DNA of 64,000 bases from Tubulanus polymorphus (Eukaryota; Animalia; Nemertea), in the NCBI RefSeq assembly GCF_964204645.1, contig NC_134027.1, forward strand, positions 12,494,485-12,558,484, in the 5' to 3' direction. Shown here piece by piece: positions 1-14,121 of the stretch. The position numbers and the translations under genes were made by a program. Position 1 is the stretch's first letter. The number at the start of each line of letters is the position of its first letter. Below the pieces are notes generated by a model. The model did not search any database and was not told where the DNA came from. It was given only the letters and a program-made list of their open reading frames with translations.

Positions 1-1391
1 TTGAATACCACAGGTCTCAGATTATTGGTTATTGATCGCAAATCAGAAATTCTAGACTCGTACAATCAGTGCCAATGAGGATGAGATGACAGTAGTATTG
101 TTATTAATAGCAAGCAACCTGACACGAATAATCTCCCAACATCTTTTTTTCATCAGAATCGTTGGCATTCGACAAAATACAATATGATTCAAATATCAAC
201 CCATCGCCCGACTGACTGACCAGGTGAAAACTAAGCAAAGCTTCTTCATATCTCTGGTGTGGTGAATTCCTCCAGCTGGATTGTTGATGCGATCCTCATC
301 TCACGGGACTAAACTGAAAAATTATACAGAAACAATTTCTGTTTATTGTTGTGATGTTGCAGGGACGTGGGCAAAAGCTCATACAGGAAATGACAGCTTA
401 TAGAAATAGAGACCGTCTTTGACGTCAGCAAATCATGTGTCTCATATTTTGGCACCTGGATATAAGTTGTCCATAGAGATAAGAATCCACCACGCAGAAT
501 GTATCAAATATGACAGTTACACTAGGGAACGATGATGGTACTCTTTGTAATCTCCACATTGATTTTTTTTTCAAATGATATAAATGTCAGATCATAATGC
601 AAATGGGCATGTGAGTGCGGTATTTTGAAACATATTTTTAGAAAATTTGGACAACGCGGGGTGAAAATTGCTGGCATCTAGGCCAATTTGATTGATAAGA
701 TGTGCAATTAAATGCAAGTCTTTGGGTCATTGCGTGTATTCTTGTAATAGCATACGCTGAATATTAATGAAGTATTTGCGTCAACATATCAGATCATCAA
801 GATGTTAAGATTCGAGCCTATTGCGAAGCCTTGAATACCAAACAGGTTATAACTTACGGTCATTATCTTTAGTTGAATCCGTACTTGATTTAACTTTGTG
901 ATTTAGGTGATGTTTTCTATTTTCAGGCCAGCAAGCGGTTCGAATTTAGATGCTACTATCTCGCTATGCGGCATAACACGTAATTGTACAAATCATGCCC
1001 CAAAGCATTTATCTATATTCTCTCATTCCAAAAAGCCTAATCATGGGCTTGCTTGCAAGGCCATTATTGCTATCACCAGATTTACTTTAAGCTGGGAAAT
1101 ACAATAACTTACGTTACAGACTTCGTAGGATGCTCAAACTTTCACAGATTTTATGCAGTTATCTAAGTAAGCTCCAAATCATTCAATTAGTAAATTGGTA
1201 GCTTTTTCATGAAATTGGAAACAAATCTGACCATTTTTGCAAGTTTTACTGTGGATATCTCATTCAGTGCAAACATTACGCGGTTATGCTGTATTAGTAT
1301 GTTAGCCACGTGTTTTGATTGTCGCAACATCATTCCCCCTCTAATCTGGACACTGATTTTATACAAACTAAAATTGAATGATTGGATTTAA

Positions 1392-1679
1392 CCCTTTCCA
1401 TGCGTCTACACTGCAGTGCGGTGTATGAATCGGTGATGGATTTTGCTAGTACACCGCACTGCAGTGTATTGATATAATAAGTTATTAGTTTTTATCACTA
1501 TTGAAAGATGGCAGCACCTGTCAATCATAATGAAATATTAGTAACTAACGATATGCCGCGCCGCAGTGTAGACGCACTATAGTGGTATTCCCGTTATTCA
1601 GAACATTAGGGTGGAATTTTTCAAAATGTTCAAATTATCTCCAGCACTATAGGGTATTGATTAGTCAGCACTGAAAGGG
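1392..1679. mobile_element. piggyBac-type MITE
   Basis: TTAA flanks at 1388-1391 and 1680-1683. Termini are CCCTTTCCATGC / GCACTGAAAGGG. Internal inverted copies of TACACTGCAGTGCGGTGTA. Confidence 0.75.
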
Positions 1680-2284
1680 TTAATGGCCAGGTATCATTAA
1701 TGAACTTTGAATTGTCACAATATCACAAAATTATCCGTTATTGTTAAATATATTGATTCCATTTCAGTTTAATTTAATGAAAAAAGAATTGAGATTATTC
1801 AGATATCACGCAAATCATTCGAACTGATGAAAAAATCGGATATATTGATTCATAAGTACAACTGTCAGTGCAATATGTTAGTTGACCTTCCAAAGCGAAT
1901 ATTTGCATGTTGTCTTCGACAAACAAAATGACGAATGAAAGCACTATTTAACAAATATGACAGCAACTTGTAAAATGTTTTTAGATTTTTAATCCTAAAT
2001 TATATTTAAACATTTGTATGACATGTTTATTTGTTGTATTATACATTTGGGAAATTATACCAGCCTGAGGCTCTTGATGTTCATTTTCTTCTTGTGTAGG
2101 ACTGGTATTGAAATCCCTCACACAGGGAAGCAAGGGCTAGTATGTCAACAAAACCATGCTAAGAGAGTTAGTCCTTGTTTTAAAAAGGGCCTCGTTGAAA
2201 TTTACAGTGGGTTTTTTGCATAAATGTGAACACAAAAATGCTTCAAAAAGCAAGAAGAGAGGAAAGTTTTCTGCAGATATCAAC

Positions 2285-3035
2285 CTCAGGGGTTTGGCGA
2301 TGGGCTTGGATTTTATTTCCGGGTTGTTGATAATCTCGCGAGAATGGCGCTAAATATGAACTATGAATAAATTCAAAATATCACGGAAATACCTTGTGTT
2401 TATATTGTTTATTTATCCGCTATAAAGTTTCGATAAACAATTGGTCATTAAGAATCATTATCAGACGATCGTCACACTTTACTATATAAAATCACAAGGG
2501 ATGAAACGCCAGGCCTCCGCTGTACTTAAATTTTCAGCCAGAAAGTTGGGACAGTCACATGACATTCTGAGGACGTCATCGCATTTAAAACTTCAACATG
2601 AAAAGTTAACATATTCACAGACCGATATCAATTGTCAGGTTATGATTCATATGAAATAAATAACTTATAGAGAATAAATTATGATGAAATATATAATTTA
2701 TAGTCAAAAAATGCATTTGAATTTAAGTTATTCTCAAATATTTTTCGTATCATAGTTTCCATCTTAGATGCTTCAGGTTCGCGTTCAGTCAAATAAGAAG
2801 CGTTAAGTCACGTGACTGTCCCAACTTTCTGGCTGGCACGACTTGAACTGCGTTTCATCCCTTGTTATTTTATATAGTAAAGCGTGACGACCGTCTGATG
2901 ATGATCCTTAACGACCTATTGTTTATCGGAACTTTATAGCGGATAAATAAACAATATAAACACAAGGTAGCGCCATTCTCGCGAGATTATCAACAACCCG
3001 GAAATAAAATCCAAGCCCATCGCCAAACCCCTGTG
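2285..3035. mobile_element. Foldback non-autonomous DNA transposon with long TIRs and 8-bp TSD (P-superfamily-like or hAT-like)
   Basis: ATATCAAC direct repeat at 2277-2284 and 3036-3043. Termini are CTCAGGGGTTTGGCGATGGG / CCCATCGCCAAACCCCTGTG. Arms are inverted over more than 200 bp. Confidence 0.85.
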
Positions 3036-3858
3036 ATATCAACAAATGATTACATGAACCCGCGATAATGTATTTTATATGCTTTTGGGTTAAAATTTTT
3101 GTAATTGTATTTTGGCTCAATTTCTGTGGAATCCTTGATTAGTTTTTTGGGAGGACTTTTTATTTGCACCACAGAAGATTTGTTTTGACAAATTGTACAA
3201 TGGTTTGCTAAAATAGATTTTTCTAAACTCGGCACCATTTTCCATGTGAGGCTCCAGTAGCAAGCTCAGTGACGGGTTTAAATCTAGTGATTTCCATGGG
3301 CATGTTCCTAGGTGGGACCAACAGTCTCTATGGGCATGTGATATCATACTAGCACACATACTAACAACATACATGATACTTATGATATTCTTATGATATT
3401 CTTTAATGCTCCAACATAATTAAACATGTACGCAATAATTTGTGGTTGCCACGGGTGTTTCACAAGCATAAATATAATTTCCAGGTTGAATTTATTTTAA
3501 TCATAGGCCTATCGCATGGTATCATTTATATCCTTAAAATGGTCACAAAAGAGAGCAAAATTTTCTATTGAATTCAATTCAAAATTTGTTTTTGTGCAAT
3601 TCAATTCATATCACAAGAGTTTAAAATCGCACGAAGGATTGTGACTAGAAAAAGACAAATTGATCTTAAGGTATGATCTGACAAATTTGTTGCTGCCAAC
3701 TGCCTGTGACTTTTCAAATTGACATTCTACGCTTGTAGTGTGTAAATTAATAAATACGAATTGTCACTTTTCAACCCGCGGTTGCATCATTTTATGAAAA
3801 AGCTGTCAAGATTGCTTGACACAGCTTTAGCTGCAATCCGGCCAATGTGCACGCTTGA

Positions 3859-4565
3859 GCCCCGTTCACATGGTAACTAGTTAGACCGGGTCTAAATGGG
3901 TCCGTACTTGGTCCAAATTTAGACTGGACCAAATGTTGGTGAGGCGTTTTGACACGCGTTGATAAAATCGCTTGTCACCGGGCCCACAAGATGTCGCCAT
4001 CTGCTAAATAATTGCTTTCAGATTCCAAGTAGAGCAGGACATTCTTCATTTGACCAATTCGATCCTCTGTCAGGTTTAGACATTTTTTGTGAATTCGATT
4101 TTATTCTATCACGATGAAACTCTTAAGTGTCGTTTAAACATGATTCAAAACACGGAAGAAAACTGATGATGATTGTGACATACGAATAGGAATTACGGTC
4201 CCAAACATTTCCATAGTATAGTGGGAAAAAACAGTACTTAAAAATAATTACATTAACGGTAATTAAAGATTTTAAAACTTAATAAACTGGACACACACTC
4301 TACCGCAGAGGTCGAGACATATACCGCAGAGATTCAGAATTACGATTTAGACCGGACCTGGTACCAGTTTCTGTCCACACACAGATTTAGACCAGTCCAA
4401 AGTTTGGACCGGACCTGGCTCGCTCTTTTAGACCATGCCAAATTAGACCGGTCTAAGCTAGACCGGTCTAATTTGGAACAGTATTTTTGCCTGTGTGAAC
4501 GCTTGGTCCAGTCTAAATTGGACCGGACCAAATTTAGACCGGTCTAAATTTCGTCACGTGGAGCT
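3859..4565 (-). mobile_element. PIF/Harbinger-like non-autonomous element, family A copy 1
   Basis: GCCCCGTTCACA terminus and subterminal TTAGACCGGTCTAA repeats. It is a reverse-complement match to 47897-48597. Myb/SANT-like relic at about 4083-4010 on -. Confidence 0.8.
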
Positions 4566-4999
4566 CTTGTTTATGGAAAGCGGAAATCTTTCTCGACTCA
4601 GCTGCAGCTGTTATTACTATACTTCATTGGGAAAACGTTTGACTAACATCTCAAAATCTTGATATAGCTGCAAAGCAGCAATAACAGGTTTTCTACATGC
4701 GTCGTACAATAAAGTATGTACGAATTTTCGTCGAAATCAGTCGCGATCAGTTGAATAGATATTGTTAGTTTGTAGGAGGGGTCAACATGTGTATAAGACT
4801 TGTGGATTGATACGGGCCACTAAATATAAAGTATGCAAGTACCAAGTTTAGTCAAAAAAGCTTTGAGGCGAACGAAGATATGGGTATTCAACTATACAGT
4901 CTTTTGGTAGTTATACTAACTTATGCTAAATGTCATGTTCTTGTACATAAGTGCAACATTATTTTGAATCAACAGTAACCGCTTCACCAAAAAAAGCAT

Positions 5000-5225
5000 T
5001 TGTCGCAACAAGTAACGAGTTAGCGTAATCAAGCCTGGAAGTAACCAATAAGGAAACTGCTGCCTTACATGATGCATAATCAAGGAGATGGCAAATTTTG
5101 TTGATAGAGTACAGATGGTAGTTAGTTGTTCGACAAATATTATTTACATGGCTGACAAAAGATAGGTTTTCATGAAAAATAACGCCCAAATTTCTTATCT
5201 GGTTAGAAGGAGAAATTACCTTGCC
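5000..5225 (-). pseudogene. Fragment of L2/CR1-clade LINE ORF2 (region C-terminal to the RT core)
   Basis: ORF 4959-5375(-) contains IRNLGVIFHENLSFVSHVNNICR...LVTSRLDYANSLL, a typical L2/CR1 ORF2 motif. No RT core or endonuclease is present. Confidence 0.75.
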
Positions 5226-5759
5226 CTCTGTAATTAGAGCATCATAGAAATTGTCAGCATCATAGCCATCTGTTGGCAGTTGGCATTTGGTTCCGAATCT
5301 GCATATAGAGGTGCTGGGATTTTGGGGCAGACAATTGTTCCTAATACTCATCTCATCTGTGACGTTTCGCTTCAAATCTTCAACCGATATACTGTTATGT
5401 ATGCTTCAGTATTACGTTGATGAATAACTCTAATTAGGGGCCAGAAAACCCTGATTATTTATTATTTATCTACTTTTTTCTAGCTAATTTTATCATGGAA
5501 AATGTAAATGGTATCAAAATTGACAACTACTCGTTAATACACGCTTGGTTATATCATTGTGAAAGCACTTAAAATAATTCCCTGTAATTTTGACCCGACC
5601 CAATTTTGATACAGTAGTCGTGATTGATTTTCCTATCGCACAAAGTGGTGTGATTATAATTTCTGATGATATTGTTTTAACAAGCAATAGAATTAGAGAG
5701 CTAGTAACAAAGTTACCTCATTAAGCCAATTCATTTAAAGAAAACCCTATTGAATATTA

Positions 5760-6631
5760 AATTCACTTTTCGTTAGTCATCTGTCTTGTGTGTTGGCAGA
5801 ATCTAGTTTTCATGCAAAAGTTTGGGATATGCTTTGATGTATGGTCTTGATATTTGATTTCTGTATATATCTACCCAAGCCATATCTGCAGCCCAAAAAT
5901 TGTCTTGATCGGAATCAAGATGGCCAACATTTGGTCATTGTTGCTCGAAATTGACGCTTTTATCAGTTGTCTTGAGGTATGTATATGTATCTCCCTAAAG
6001 CATAGCATCACAAGAAAAATTGGGTCGATCAGGAACAAGATGGCTGTCCTGTGACTTTTTAGTTCAAAAAGCTGATTTTAGGTCTGAAATCTTAGGCCTC
6101 TAGCATCTACATGGTTTGTAATATTACATAATTCATATTAATAATATTACATGATTATTTAGTTTAACATATCGGACAGTTTTTTTGGGAATGTTCAATT
6201 TCACCCAACCAGCAGCCATCTCTCTTATATTAGCTTTTGTTCATTTCCGGGGAATGGTTTTTTAAAAGATAAAATCAACAAGTTTTAACCTATAGTCTTG
6301 ATATTTAATAATTGTTAGCATTTTCATAGGACAGTGTCATCTCACGTTTGTCAGTGTATCATTCTCACCCCCAGGGGAGTCTGAGTGTTTTTCAAGGTCA
6401 CTGGCTGCTGCATGTGTTCGCCAGGGATTTTGAATGGTATACTTAAACAGTATTTTCATTTAATTGGGATCTATGCATATTTTTCTACCTGTGCCATGAT
6501 TGTGGAGAGTTTCAAGGTCATCGGTTTTTGCAATATGTTCACCAGGGGGATTCTAAATATTAATGGTGTCAGATTGTCACGCATTTCAGTCCACTTTTTA
6601 AGTGGGCAAGGTCTCCTGTAGACCCTAGTTT
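5760..6631 (+). mobile_element. Helentron-associated (HINE-like) repeat copy, 5'-degraded
   Basis: Shares CAAGATGGCC blocks, satellite-unit remnants and the 3' end AAGTGGGCA...GACCCTAGTTT with the full copy at 60771-62010. Confidence 0.65.
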
Positions 6632-6980
6632 AAATACATTTAAATCCATATGTTACTACAGCATCTCAACATGAGGGCATCTTGTGATGGAGTCTACAAG
6701 GGTTGATGCCCTGGAGATTCTGTACAATTTGCCACCAATAATATTATGACTAAAATTTCTTTCTATTTTCTCTTCTAATCTGTCTTTTTTCAGCTGTGAT
6801 CTTTTTTATCACTATATAATTATCTACACGGAAATGTATCTCCATCCCTGACCTGCATCACCAACCAAATAACCTGCATTTTCGGTGTTTATCCCAGTCT
6901 ATTAAATATTCAAGCACTCGGGCTTATTCTTGTTCATATACGTATTTGCTATCTGGCAGTAAAACACGACGCTTTTCTGG

Positions 6981-8000
6981 TTTTTAGCCCATTTGAGACT
7001 TAAGCGCCAACAGACTATTGTCTTTTACTTTTCGCCTTTTGTCCATCTGCCCATCTGTCCCTCCGTAGATGGAATCCATTTATTTTGGGCAGTTCTGAAG
7101 ATGCTATAATACATTGCCTTGATATTTGGTTTATACGTGTATCTTCCCTTGACACATCGGCAGCTCAATAACTGGCCATTGTTGTTCACAAAATTTGAAG
7201 ATGCTTTCATCAATTTTCTTGATGTTTCATACTTAAACTTATATATCCCCTACGGCCAATCATAAGAAAAAATTGCATCTATCAGACACAACATGGCCAT
7301 CCTGTGACCTTTTTGTCCCAAAAAGGTAATTTTTTGCCTGAATGCCAAGACTGTAGCTTTTTAGTTTTTACTTACTGGTTTGCCATTTTTCATTGAAATT
7401 TGTGGTGGGTAAAACTTTACGGGATCTTTACATAATAGACCAGTTTTTCGACCAGTCAATGTTCAGGCAATTTGCCGCAATCTTAGTCTTATCAGTCCTT
7501 ATGATGCATACATGTGCAAAAGATTTTTTGAGTAAAATTTCAACAGGTTTTAAGGTATAGTCTTGATATTTATTTATTGTCAGCATTGTCATAGGACACA
7601 TCTCCTTAGGTGGAATCAGGCTTACCTAGATTTTTTTTCTCCCCAGTCGGGGGAGTTGAAGTTAATTCAATTTTTCCATTCATATTGTTACCTTTGCATA
7701 GTTTGTAACCTGAATCCATTGCAATATCATTGGTCGTTACATGCTCTATGATTATGGTGTGTCTCTAGGTTATTGCTTTTGGTATAGGTTCACCAGGGGG
7801 TGTTGAATACCGGAAAAACAGGGTATTTCTTTATATATTGTTCCCTATGCATATTTTGTAACCACAATCAATTGCAAATTTTATTAAGCTCATGACATGG
7901 TTGTGAGGAGTTTCAAGATGATTGATTACTGGATTTGTTTACCTAGGGGTGTTGAATATTGAGATGGTCAGATTATCATGCATTTCTCCAAGTGGGCATG
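6981..8000 (+). mobile_element. Helentron-associated (HINE-like) repeat copy
   Basis: Begins TTTTTAGCCCATTTGAGACTTAAG, has a GTCC-like microsatellite and satellite units, and ends near CAAGTGGGCATGG. Confidence 0.7.
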
Positions 8001-10298
8001 GCACTCGGGTTTCCCAAACTCGAGAAATCCCATAATAAATACAGCCAAAACGAGAAACTTGAATAGAAGAGTACATATTTGCGCAAAGTTTCGGCTAAAG
8101 ACTATTAGCCATCAACAGGCGTACAGGATTTTATACCTGGCACTTATTTTAGCGAAAACAAAGGATGATCAAATTCTATAAATTGCCGTATACTTAGGAG
8201 AGTAATCTGAATATGCGTTGTCTTCTTTCAGTTAGATACTGAATATGTAATTATGAGAATGTTTATTTCATGAAAAGATAAATTAAATCAATTAGATATT
8301 TAGTTATACATCTGTATTTTAAAACAGAATGTAATTTTCGTCACATTCATTAATGGATGTAGTTTCAATTCAGAGTTGTTTCCCGCAAACGGGAAAATCA
8401 ATCTAGATTACTGACGCACTCGAAATTCGCAATGATGCAAATGCTTCACTCAACATAAGTGTTACGCGTAAAATATGTTCCATATATTGCAACAGATAGT
8501 AGTGAATATTTCCGTTGAATTTGCCAATAGAATGAGTAATAAGCAAGCAATTGTGCTGTCATATACTGTGTATTAGATCCACCGAGTTGACAGACTTCGA
8601 TATGATGCGCAATATAATAACCTTTTATTACTGCAAACTGACTAGATGCAATTGTATGGTTGTGAACTCATATCAGTGGTTCAAACCTGTGCAATACATT
8701 CTTTGGGCAATTTTACTTAAGCAACTCGCTTTGCTCCGTCGATTACTATCACGTGGTACAAATTGAATTGCCTTAAATTAATGACCATACCCTCCGGACC
8801 CCTAGACCTGAATTTTTCACGGTTGAAAAAGCCGCTATTTCGTTTTTTTTTTTCAAATCTAGCGATGATCTCTCTTCTGTCATAGACACCATTTTGCAAA
8901 TCGAATCAAAATGCCACGAGGAGCGATTTTGCCGCATTGGATACTTGCGTTGGCACTTTAATTAAATAAATGGAAGCAAATCGTTGTAGATGCATTGCTT
9001 AGATAAATGATCAATTCGTTCTTTGTTGATACGAGTTGCTTTGATAAAAACACCTTTGATCATCACTGCTGAATTGGTGTTGAATCTATTGAGTCCTGGA
9101 AATACTAGAGTGGTAATTGAGGATTCCACTGATGCACCATACTCAGTTATCCTCGCTTGAACTGTTGGACATTCTGAGTAGAGTTAAATCAACTTTTCTC
9201 TTAAGTAAATAGATTATCAATAAAAACTATACCGAACACTGATAGAAAAGTCAATCATAATTCTTTTTGGCTATCGATATATTTTGATACAGGATTTGGA
9301 TTGGAACTAATTTGTCTGGGTAAATCTAAGCTTTTGTCGGGCTGCGACATGACAGATATCGACGCAACTCGGTCTGCTTCGGAAACTAGCGGCCTACAGT
9401 TTGCTCCCAGTTGTTGTCATATCTTCCCAACATAATTCGACTTACGATGCAACCAATAAGTGGAAAACCACTGTGGAAGTTTTCAATATTGTCGCCTAAT
9501 CTGAAAATGAATGAACAACGGTGTCACAAATGCATATATTTCGGGTTTTCTGCTCCCTTCACAGAAAACTCTATTGTTATTCCCTGATTGACTGCTCCGT
9601 TTCTGATCCTGAATGTCGCCTTCATTTTTGGGAAAACGTATCACATTTCCTTTCATTAACTGATTTCTTCTGTTGGCACTCAAAAGTCGTTTGGAATGAT
9701 AATTATTCATTTCTGCATATTTGTGATATCAAATCACGACTTGCAATTCCTTTATCCGTAACTGCGAAAGTCAGCCTATGGCGGTTAGGTCTATAAGCTG
9801 ATGTAACTCGACAAGGCTTCTAGATGACATCCCCCCACGAAGGTGCCATCAAATGATATCCAGTCCACCCATTTCGTGATTGGAATGCTCCATCCGTAAG
9901 CCTCGTTGGCTACTTCTTACAACCTGTTATTTTCAGGATCACAAAATGTTAAAGTAGTCATATCAGGTTTGAATCCCTGACAACACATTTTCATTTCTAT
10001 AACTCACTACTACAGTTTGCGCATCAAGGATGCTACCAGGGGGAAACACATTATTGCTGCTTGGCAGCTATACTCGTCAGTGAATTTCATTTATGAAATA
10101 CACATCAAAGAGGATGAACGGTTATTCTTATTTTGGAAAGCAGTTATAGAACTAATTTATGAATCCTGATATTTTTGCTGCGTTTTTATTTGCATGCCCT
10201 CAATACACACCAACCTGTGAACTTATCGACACACATTTCTATATATTAATTTTTCTATTTCTTTTTTTCTTTCTTTTCATATTTCTTGCTCTGAGCAG

Positions 10299-10307
10299 CC
10301 CAGTGTT
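10299..10307 (+). CDS. Candidate 9-nt microexon of Shal/Kv4 (PSV)
   Basis: About 45-nt pyrimidine tract, TGC, CAG acceptor, CCCAGTGTT, then a GTAAGT donor. Frame-preserving in a phase-0 intron. Confidence 0.45.
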
Positions 10308-13300
10308 GTAAGTATCCCTGCGCTGTTATTATGTCAGAGCTCTTCGCCGGGCACAATAACTTTCACTACCCGGAGTCACATAATCACTACAGCCATCCTG
10401 GCGTGCCTGTCCATCCACTCCTCTGTCGTATAATGTATTATTGACAAGCTTCATATGTTCAGTTATCAAATCACGTTTTATACTGTATGTAACTTTACTA
10501 TATTGTTACATCCCATTTCCTTTGCCAGAGATGCCACGCTACTGTCTGAGCCAGAAATGTATTCAGCATTCTGCTGTGCTTGTGAAAAATGTAGCTTCAG
10601 TCATAATGTGTCATATACATGTTCGATATTTTGTTTATTCATTATCATAACATAATTATGATCATTATTGTGTCAAGATTTATACTTACGTAAATCGGCA
10701 CTCAATATCAAGTTACTCCAACTTAATAATCTGTGTTGCATTGAAATAAAGAAATCCTACACTTAATGTTAAAGCTATGTTGTAAGACTCATTGTCCTGG
10801 CTGTTAAGTGCATACACCCATCATCACATGCGCTACGAAGATTCTGCAAGATCAAAAGTTAATTGATATTCAAAACTTTCTGATATTTTAAGTGTGGGGT
10901 TTCTTTATGCAGCTCATTAATACTCTCTGATAAATACCGAAGAAGGTTTTTATCGATAGAACAAGAAAATGACATCCCAAAATGACAAGAGTATTGATAG
11001 GCTGCCATTTCTTAGACAAGTTGGTAGCAGTTCAACCTTGTGGCAAATGTTGCTAGTTACGTATATCTATTCCTATATACTATTTCATTTATCATTTATG
11101 TATAGTTGTCATATATTGAAAGCCATTATCAGCATAAAAAGTAGAAAATCCATATGTAATTATAGGTTAATGATGGGACAGAAATTTCAATATTTCAGGT
11201 GATATGTCATTTCTCCAACCTAGATTCTTGAATTTATATTCTTGTTTTACTAAAACAGGTATCGTTCTTCGACCAATTCATATCAACGAAACAGAAGTTG
11301 AGGAGCAGCAGATAATGGTGTTTCAAATAAATCAAAAACTTAAGTTCAGAAGTAAAGTTCACTTGACCTAAGACTATAAATGTCATTTGGCATTTTTTTT
11401 TCCTCTCATCCAAAACTGATGTACTTTGAAAGTCTTTTCCACTTGACTAAACAATTCTGATAAGTATCAACCGATTAACTAATTAATGTCTCCTCAAGCC
11501 CTACTTAGGTCACCCCTAACAACCAAAAGCAACTGGATATTGGGTGAAAGGCGACCATTTTCAGTAACCAATTAGTCACCAGTCGCGGTGTCCTGAGCAG
11601 TCGATCGACGGCCAGTGACCAAAACAATCACCATTGGCTTTGAGTGGTGCATGGTCAGGGCCGCCAATAATTTTGCCATTGATGATTTATTCTGAAGGCT
11701 GAACAGTGTTTTATTAAAAATCATTGTGAAATATTTTGCGATCTTTAAATGAAGACGTTTTGGATTTCATCGGATTTATGCTTAACTATCAAATGACTAT
11801 GATAATATTTTCTATCTCATCATTTTCTATCTAATATGAATATATAATCTATCTTTTAATCTAACACCGGATGCAATAATATTGGACGTAAAAATTAGAT
11901 TTGTGCAGGATAACTATGGTCCCAAATAGAGCCTTCAAAATGCATCCATTAATAGAAAAAACTTCTGGGGGAACCTCACACCCTCTGAAAAATTTGCCTC
12001 TTGCACTGGGTATTAGCCGCCTGGGCCAATGACAACTTGGTCAGGTGTGCTTCTGGCAGCCCTGATTTTCTACTTGATACTGCGACTAGCATGCTTGCTT
12101 GGTATCATGGTCGACCTCAGTGCTTTTGCATCTAAGCTCAGACGATTGTTTGAAATGGCAGTGTTGGTTCAGATCCCGCGTGTGCGCTCATTTTGAATAC
12201 AGATTTTCTATGCAGTTTTATCGTGATATCATTGTGTATTTAATGGTTTTTACTGTCATATATTCATGCTACTTACATGAAGCCTAGTTGCAACTTAAAT
12301 CAGTTCCACAGACTTAAGTATTTTTCCGGTTAGGACACTGGAGTGGAAGGTGTTGCCAGGTTTTATTTTTCAATTGAGATTTTTTGCTAATTACTGCAGT
12401 TGGTGGTAAAAGCTGTGACCTGAGCTTAACACAGCATTTCAACCAATGAATGAGGGCCAAAGGTTGCTTCTAATATTGAGTTGTAGCAACCTGAGTCCTC
12501 TCCTTGATTTGTAACACCTGGTTCTGTTATGTCGTAGTCCAATTGCATTTGGGCTTGAGTCTGAATTATGAGATTTTTTTGTCAGAATTCAGTGTCTGCA
12601 GTGGCTACAATTATGATAATTTCATCATAGAATTTTCAGTATTTAGGGTATTCTCTTTATTCTAGGTGTAAATTATCGTAATGATTTCAACATTGATAAT
12701 TATGCTCATATTCTGTAGTATAAAAAGTAGGTTATTTCTAAAGTATAACGATTATACACTATATGTTAGGACCACAATTTTGTAGAGCACAGCCTATTTG
12801 CAGATGCATGAAAACGTATAGAACCATTCAATTCTTCGGTGAAATGATTTTCCAAAGAGTTGTAATAAATATCTGATTTGAAGGGACAAATTTGCTCTGG
12901 CATAGCGTGCATAAGTTTATTAGATGTTACATGTCTTTCTTTGGGTGTCTAAATTAGCCAGAGAGATTTTCCCCTTCGCCATTATCTCGATCGATGTATG
13001 TTTTGTATGAATACAAAAAAGGATTGATCGGGAAAAAATGATGAAAACGTGGATGTTTCATTGTGAGATTGTTCCCTCTCAATGTATGCACACATTTCAC
13101 ATACACACTCGTCACAAATTCTAGTCACATGTCATATAGGCTATAACGAGTTGTCGGAACATATATGACTGTCAAAGAATCGAGTACGGAAAACTAAGAA
13201 AACGTGATTTGATGATTATGTACCGGTATTGGAAAGACACATGTAATGGCTTAACCTTTTGGTCAGTTGATACCTCATTATTTCAACCTACATTCTCTAT

Positions 13301-14121
13301 TCAATCTGAAAAAAAAACATTCACGTACATTGTCATTCATATTGCCAATACAGGTTTCATGTTTCAATTTTCTTAGCAGGAAATAGCCAAAATATTTTTC
13401 TATGTGTGATAAGTACAGTATTTTGAAGATATGTTAGACATCCTATAAGGGCTACCAAATTTCACATATCAAACATATTCTCACATATTCATATTTATTA
13501 TGTATTGCAAATCTTAGCAAAGTATACACTATTCATACATCATAAGTTATGGCAGAGCATGTGACTTTATGCCTTCATATTATAGCGGCCTTAACAAATA
13601 TGATAAAAGATTACAAAAAATTTCAAAATTACACACTAAACCATTAGGAGTTTTAATTGAATATTTTGATTAACTTTCTTTACCCGATACAAGATATTCT
13701 TGTCAGTCATTTAGCTGCTTTAATTTGCTCAATGCGCATTTTCTGTAAGCAGTTGTAAAAAATTAGCATTAAGTTTTTTGTAAGCAGTTGTGCATATTGT
13801 GGTTTACTATTATTGGCTGTTGTACATAGCTATGAATGTATCAATTACTGAAGGCTTTGATATAGGGAAAAATCTTTTTAATAATCTGGGTTGAAATGCG
13901 GGTAGATATGTGTTTATGTATGTATTCCCAACAATTTAAAAACCCAAGATGAATAACATTTCAAACATATTATAGAATCATCATTGGTCTTATCTCTCGG
14001 ACTTTTTTGCATTTCCTTCGTCGGGTTTTGTGCTTACATGCCAAGCTTACTCTTAATCTCGAAGAGCTACTCAAATTATGCTTGAAAAATTCTTCATATT
14101 TTCTATTTGCTGTCTTTGCAG

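Noticed and set aside
927-983. Possible Shal alternative exon after TTTTCAG (ASKRFEFRCYYLAMRHNT*)
   Set aside because: The nearest donor gives a frameshifting length, and there is no homology or other support.
5358-5385. Second hammerhead-like string on - (TTGAAGA...CGAAACGTC)
   Set aside because: The first core base is not C and no helix II can form; at best a decayed relic.
11656-12064. hAT-like MITE (CAGGGCCGCCA...TGGCAGCCCTG)
   Set aside because: Only short imperfect termini and no TSD; too weak to list as a feature.
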